The notes beneath the pieces are model-generated. The model made no database searches, had not been told where the DNA came from, and saw nothing but the letters and a program-made list of their open reading frames with translations. A stretch of DNA of 64,000 nucleotides. Origin: a virus. This document shows positions 59,341-64,000 of this stretch, one piece after another. Made by a program: the position numbers and the translations under genes. The DNA is taken from IMG/VR virus record IMGVR_UViG_3300025727_000782, positions 1 through 64,000 of that record; one strand, given 5' to 3'. Each line of letters opens with the position of its first letter. Within the stretch, counting starts at the first letter, position 1.

Positions 59341-60579
59341 ATGTTAAATAGAGACTTGTATTTTTTGAGAGACACACACTCCTCCTCAGTTGCTTCAGCT
59401 CTCAATAATCATAGAGACAATATGTATTCACCATCAATTCATGCTGGTGAGTTTTCAACATCTTCGCCAAACCGACAATTATACTTTGGAAATATGTTTG
59501 GACATTTAAATGGGTATGGTAAAAATAGTATTGTGAATGTTAAACATTATGATTTGTTACCAAAGGATTCTTTAAAAGTATATTTGTTTTTTTGTTACTT
59601 TCCGGAAGAATATACAATAAAGATAACACCAGGTTATTTAGATAAGTTAAAAAATGATCCTAATGCTTATTTTATGGTGTTTAATTTTTATGAGTGGATT
59701 CTTGAAGAAAAACTATTAATTAAATCATTGGACTCACAGGGTATCCCAAAAGAGAAAGTAATAGTGGCCAGTTCTTCAACGGGTAGATTAACTAACTCAT
59801 TCAAAGAAGTTAATATAGCAAATTGGTGGCAAAGTTGGTATAGGACACAAATTATGCATGGTGGATCTTCATTAATTGAGGAACACCAACATTCAATAGA
59901 TGATAAAAAGTTTAAATCACTTTGTTTTATGAAACATGCAAGATGGGATAGATTTATTTTAGCCTATTATTTAAATAAATTCAATATGTTATACGATAAG
60001 GAAAATTTGATTTCTTTACATTTTAATAAACAGAATTGGTTTCATTCTGAGTTAGAAAAAATGGATGATTCTTTAGGTGCACCTTATGCTGGAATTCCGA
60101 GAGATTTTAAAGATACCGTAAAAACATTTAAAGATAGAGAGTTAGATACTTTAAATAGAATTGATATACAATTACAACCGGTAGATGATTTCTATTTAAA
60201 TAGTTGTTATTCTATCGTGAGTGAAACAACAATGTTACAACAACCATTTATAACCGAGAAAACATTTAAACCTATAGTCCACAGTCATCCATTTATTTTA
60301 ATAGCTGGTAAAGGTGCAATTAAACAATTAAAAAAAATAGGATTTAAATTCTATGATGAATTGGCTGGTAAGGGATATGCAACAAGTGAAAAACAAGTAC
60401 AGAATATTATAAAAGAACTTTCAGAAAAATCACTTGACGACTTAAAAGAAATACTGCCAAGTCTTAAAAATAAAGTAAAACATAATTTTAATATATTTAT
60501 GTATACGGAGGTTATTTGGGATGACTGGGTAGGAGAACTATATGAAGTCATCACATCAAAGAGAAACAGTAATGAATAA
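59341..60579 (+). CDS. Hypothetical protein, GT10-like C-terminal motif
   Basis: YSIVSET...FITEKTFKPI..HPFILIAG..LKKIGFK. Confidence 0.5.
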   Translation: MLNRDLYFLRDTHSSSVASALNNHRDNMYSPSIHAGEFSTSSPNRQLYFGNMFGHLNGYGKNSIVNVKHYDLLPKDSLKVYLFFCYFPEEYTIKITPGYLDKLKNDPNAYFMVFNFYEWILEEKLLIKSLDSQGIPKEKVIVASSSTGRLTNSFKEVNIANWWQSWYRTQIMHGGSSLIEEHQHSIDDKKFKSLCFMKHARWDRFILAYYLNKFNMLYDKENLISLHFNKQNWFHSELEKMDDSLGAPYAGIPRDFKDTVKTFKDRELDTLNRIDIQLQPVDDFYLNSCYSIVSETTMLQQPFITEKTFKPIVHSHPFILIAGKGAIKQLKKIGFKFYDELAGKGYATSEKQVQNIIKELSEKSLDDLKEILPSLKNKVKHNFNIFMYTEVIWDDWVGELYEVITSKRNSNE

Positions 60580-62053
60580 AAAGAAAAAACACACTTTAAA
60601 ATCCTTAAAAAAGGATAAGGTAATATGTCCTTTTTTGTGGACACACTCTTATGTCGAACCAAATGGAAATGTCTTTCCTTGTTGTACATCTAAGAATACA
60701 GAAGCTTTTACACGACCAAGTAAGTATGGTAATGTTAAGGATAGTACTTTGGATGAGATAATGAGGGGCCAAGAGATGAGTAAACTCAGAAAGAAAATGT
60801 TAAATGGTGAGTTTGACTCTAATTGTTCTAATTGTTATAAAACTGAAAAAAATGGTGGTTATAGTTTTAGAACATTTGGGCAAGATGAGTTTCTTGATCA
60901 AGATATAGTTGACTATGTTAATGCTACAAATCCTGAAAACGGTGAAATAGAAGATTACACTTTTAAATATATTGATATTAGGTTTAGTAATGTTTGTAAT
61001 TTTAGATGTAAATATTGTAGTCCGAGATTTAGTTCTACTTGGTATAACTTTATGAAAGATGAGTCGGAAAAACACCCTGTTGTTAGGGCATATGTAAAAA
61101 ATAATCCAATGGAGATTGATTTATTTAAAGTTCAAGATGTTACAAAGGAAAATTTAATTACACAATTAACACCGCACTTGGATACAACACAACAAGTTTA
61201 TTTTGGTGGAGGTGAGCCATTGATTACTGAAGAGCATTATGAACTATTAGATGTAATGATGTCTAAAGATTTGTATGATATACACTTGAGGTATAATACT
61301 AATTTGAGTAATTTTAAATATAAAAAGAAACATATATTTGATTATTGGGAAAATTTTCAATATTTAACTATTGGATGCAGTTTAGATCATTTCGGTAAGA
61401 AGGCTGAATTTATGAGAACTAAAACTGATTGGAAAGTTGAGGAAGAAAATTTAAGAGAGTTAATTAAATTTAGAAGCAACCACTATGAAATTTGGGGCCC
61501 ACATGAAGAATTGGGAGACTCACAAAGAGAACATACAAAGAAGTGGGGAAAAAGTGGATGGGTAATCATATCAATTGATACTGTAATTACTATTTTTAAT
61601 GTAGGTTCAATTACTGATTTCTGGGACTATCTACTTGATGAAAAATTATTAGATGATCAGATGACAGTTACTATAAATGTAACTTACACACCTGAATACT
61701 TTACGGTTAGGGCATTACCAAAACACTTGAAAGACGAATTTAGTAAAAAGATGTATGATTGGTGGGAGAATGTTGATGAACGACATCCTAAACTTAAAAC
61801 TATGAAAGATGTAGCGGGAAATTTAATAAAGGGAGAATTTAAACAATACATTGATACCATTCATAACATAATGCATTCAGAGGATATTTGGGATGAAGAT
61901 CTATTTTTCTGGAAAATAAAATTTTTAGACCCTGATATGACATTTAAGAAAATACTACCTGAATTAAGTGATTGTGTTGATATGGATGCTTTAGCAGATA
62001 AAGTTTCCGATGAGGCATTTATGATAGCATCCCCCACAACTCTTTTAAAATAA
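60542..62053 (+). CDS. Radical SAM protein with N-terminal SPASM/twitch domain
   Basis: CPFLW, VFPCC, CSNC, CNFRCKYC, FGGGEP; real start probably 60572. Confidence 0.9.
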   Translation: MKSSHQRETVMNKKKKHTLKSLKKDKVICPFLWTHSYVEPNGNVFPCCTSKNTEAFTRPSKYGNVKDSTLDEIMRGQEMSKLRKKMLNGEFDSNCSNCYKTEKNGGYSFRTFGQDEFLDQDIVDYVNATNPENGEIEDYTFKYIDIRFSNVCNFRCKYCSPRFSSTWYNFMKDESEKHPVVRAYVKNNPMEIDLFKVQDVTKENLITQLTPHLDTTQQVYFGGGEPLITEEHYELLDVMMSKDLYDIHLRYNTNLSNFKYKKKHIFDYWENFQYLTIGCSLDHFGKKAEFMRTKTDWKVEEENLRELIKFRSNHYEIWGPHEELGDSQREHTKKWGKSGWVIISIDTVITIFNVGSITDFWDYLLDEKLLDDQMTVTINVTYTPEYFTVRALPKHLKDEFSKKMYDWWENVDERHPKLKTMKDVAGNLIKGEFKQYIDTIHNIMHSEDIWDEDLFFWKIKFLDPDMTFKKILPELSDCVDMDALADKVSDEAFMIASPTTLLK

Positions 62054-62095
62054 GATGTATATACAGACTCTGACGAATGATGATAAAACAATTTA

Positions 62096-63307
62096 ATGTC
62101 TAAAGAAAAAAAAAATAAAAGTTTTTGTATGGCTCCGTGGGTTCATATGAGTATATGGCAAACTGGTGATGCCTATCCTTGTTGTATTTATGATTGGGAA
62201 ACACCAATTGGAAATGTTAATGATGAGGGATTCAGGGGAGTATGGAATAATGATTCTATGAAAGAACTTAGATTAAAAATGTTAAATGGTGACGTTGTGG
62301 ATTCGTGTAAGACTTGTGATTTATATGATGAACAGGGAATATATTCATATAGACATAAAATGAATACAGAGTATAAACACCATCAGGGAGTAGTTGATAG
62401 TACAGAGAAAGATGGTTACGTTGAACAATTTAATTTAGCATATTTTGATGTTCGTTTTTCTAATTTGTGTAATATGAAGTGTAGAACTTGTGGTAGTCAT
62501 TTTTCAAGTAAATGGGGGGAAGATGATTATAATGGAAAACCTATAGTGATTGAAATTGATTATCCAAATATGTGGAAAGAGATTGAAGAGGTTATACCAA
62601 CAATAGAAGAGATTTATTTTACTGGAGGTGAGAGTTTATTTATGCCACACCACTATAAATTGTTAGATATGTTAATTGAAAGAGATAAGAAACCATTGAT
62701 AAAATATAATAGTAACGCAAGTAGACTTGGAATAGGGGATAAACATATTAAAAACTATTGGCCACACTTTGAGGAAATAATTTATGGAGTTAGTTTTGAT
62801 CAAGTTGGGGATAAAGCAAGTTATACTCGACACGGAACTAAGTGGGATAAGATTGTTGAAAATTTATTTTGGATAAGGGATAATAATAAAAATGTTGTTA
62901 TTGAACCAAGTCCTACTATTAGTATTTTTAACATTCTTGATTTAGATAAGATTGTAGAATTTTTATTTGAGAATGATTTAAGTACTAATTTTAGAATAAA
63001 CTTATCTAATTTATTAGTAACTCCTGAATATTTTTCAATAACATTATTACCAAAAGAATTAAAAGTAAAGGCTGAAAAAAATATAAATAAGTTGAAAAAG
63101 TATATAATAAAGAAAGTTGAACACATTGGACAGCGACAACATATTATTGAAAATTTAGATAAGGTTATAAGATTTATGTATGGAAAGGATACTTCAGATT
63201 TGATACCACGAACATTAAATGAAATAAAACTTATTGATATAAAAAGAAAGGAAAACTTTTTTGAAGTATTTCCTGAATATGAGATTTTAAAAGAATATGA
63301 AAAGTAA
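62096..63307 (+). CDS. Radical SAM protein with N-terminal SPASM/twitch domain
   Basis: FCMAPW, AYPCC, CKTC, CNMKCRTC, FTGGE. Confidence 0.9.
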   Translation: MSKEKKNKSFCMAPWVHMSIWQTGDAYPCCIYDWETPIGNVNDEGFRGVWNNDSMKELRLKMLNGDVVDSCKTCDLYDEQGIYSYRHKMNTEYKHHQGVVDSTEKDGYVEQFNLAYFDVRFSNLCNMKCRTCGSHFSSKWGEDDYNGKPIVIEIDYPNMWKEIEEVIPTIEEIYFTGGESLFMPHHYKLLDMLIERDKKPLIKYNSNASRLGIGDKHIKNYWPHFEEIIYGVSFDQVGDKASYTRHGTKWDKIVENLFWIRDNNKNVVIEPSPTISIFNILDLDKIVEFLFENDLSTNFRINLSNLLVTPEYFSITLLPKELKVKAEKNINKLKKYIIKKVEHIGQRQHIIENLDKVIRFMYGKDTSDLIPRTLNEIKLIDIKRKENFFEVFPEYEILKEYEK

Positions 63308-64000
63308 AGAAGAGTTATTTAAAACTAAAACATTTTGTATGATGCCTTGGGTACACATGCATGTTTGGCCTGCAGGAAAAACATTTCCTTGTTGTATGGC
63401 AGACCCAAATTGTGATATCGGAAATACTAATGAGAAAAGTTTGTTAGAACTTTGGAATAGTGGTAGAATGAAATTTATCAGAAAGTCTATGTTGAATGAT
63501 AGGCAAATTCCAGATTGTAGACGATGTTATGAATTGGAAGAAAGTGGAATGAGAACATTGAGAAATTCTTCTTTGGAAAATTTTGGACACCACTTTGACA
63601 AGGTTTTAGGTACACACGATGATGGGACAGTTGATGAGTTGAATATGGCTTATCTTGATATAAGATTTAGTAACTTGTGTAATATGAGTTGTAGAACTTG
63701 CGGCCCACAATTTAGTACAGGTTGGTATGATGATCATAAAAAAATTCACGGAGATCCTGGACATCCTAAAGTTTTACAAGTTAGTAAAAATATGAAAACT
63801 TGGTTCGAAAAATTAAAAGATGTGTTGGATACGGTAGAAGAAGTTTATTTTGCTGGGGGAGAACCTTTGATTACTGAAGAACATTATAAAATTTTGGATT
63901 ATTGGATTGAAACTAATAAGAAAGATGTTAGAATCGGATACACAACAAATTTTTCTTTAATGAATTATAAGAAGAAGTCGATATATGATTATTGGAATTC
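63297..64000 (+). CDS. Radical SAM protein with N-terminal SPASM/twitch domain (runs off window end)
   Basis: Read by hand: MKSKEELFKTKTFCMMPW...FPCC...CRRC...CNMSCRTC...FAGGEP. Confidence 0.85.
   Translation, partial: MKSKEELFKTKTFCMMPWVHMHVWPAGKTFPCCMADPNCDIGNTNEKSLLELWNSGRMKFIRKSMLNDRQIPDCRRCYELEESGMRTLRNSSLENFGHHFDKVLGTHDDGTVDELNMAYLDIRFSNLCNMSCRTCGPQFSTGWYDDHKKIHGDPGHPKVLQVSKNMKTWFEKLKDVLDTVEEVYFAGGEPLITEEHYKILDYWIETNKKDVRIGYTTNFSLMNYKKKSIYDYWN

Noticed and set aside
1-64000. Stop-codon reassignment
   Set aside because: Standard code gives long intact ORFs ending in TAA, TAG and TGA with tight packing
1-64000. Bacterial chromosome or prophage
   Set aside because: groES without groEL, ssrA without smpB, and continuous phage-type gene organisation; no integrase or host operons

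Overview
AT-rich, gene-dense, almost entirely + strand segment of a large tailed dsDNA phage (myovirus-like baseplate genes, standard genetic code, AGGAG-type ribosome binding sites on most resident genes). From left to right: small early genes and GroES; a 2,995-bp insertion (1619-4613) of three DNA-methyltransferase cassettes, each bounded by attC-like hairpin arms, that splits a resident phage gene in frame at an AAC; a phage tmRNA with an unusually long predicted tag; a 3D-domain protein, a fourth methyltransferase, an HD protein and a probable phage sigma factor; a baseplate/virion module (gp5-, gp25-, gp6-like proteins and a 1595-aa protein with an internal Vint-type Hint domain); a membrane/envelope cluster (MscS-like, beta-barrel-like, Cys-rich micropeptide, MshEN-like, thioredoxin-fold); resolvase, primase and a fused SbcD-SbcC nuclease; a 2794-aa tail fibre with a peptidase S74 chaperone, two candidate tip adhesins (one ending in a Hint domain); and a long glycosyltransferase / methyltransferase / SGNH / radical SAM cluster running off the right edge. 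The most notable signal is the integrase-less, integron-like methyltransferase cassette array. All assignments come from motif recognition by eye; no searches were run.
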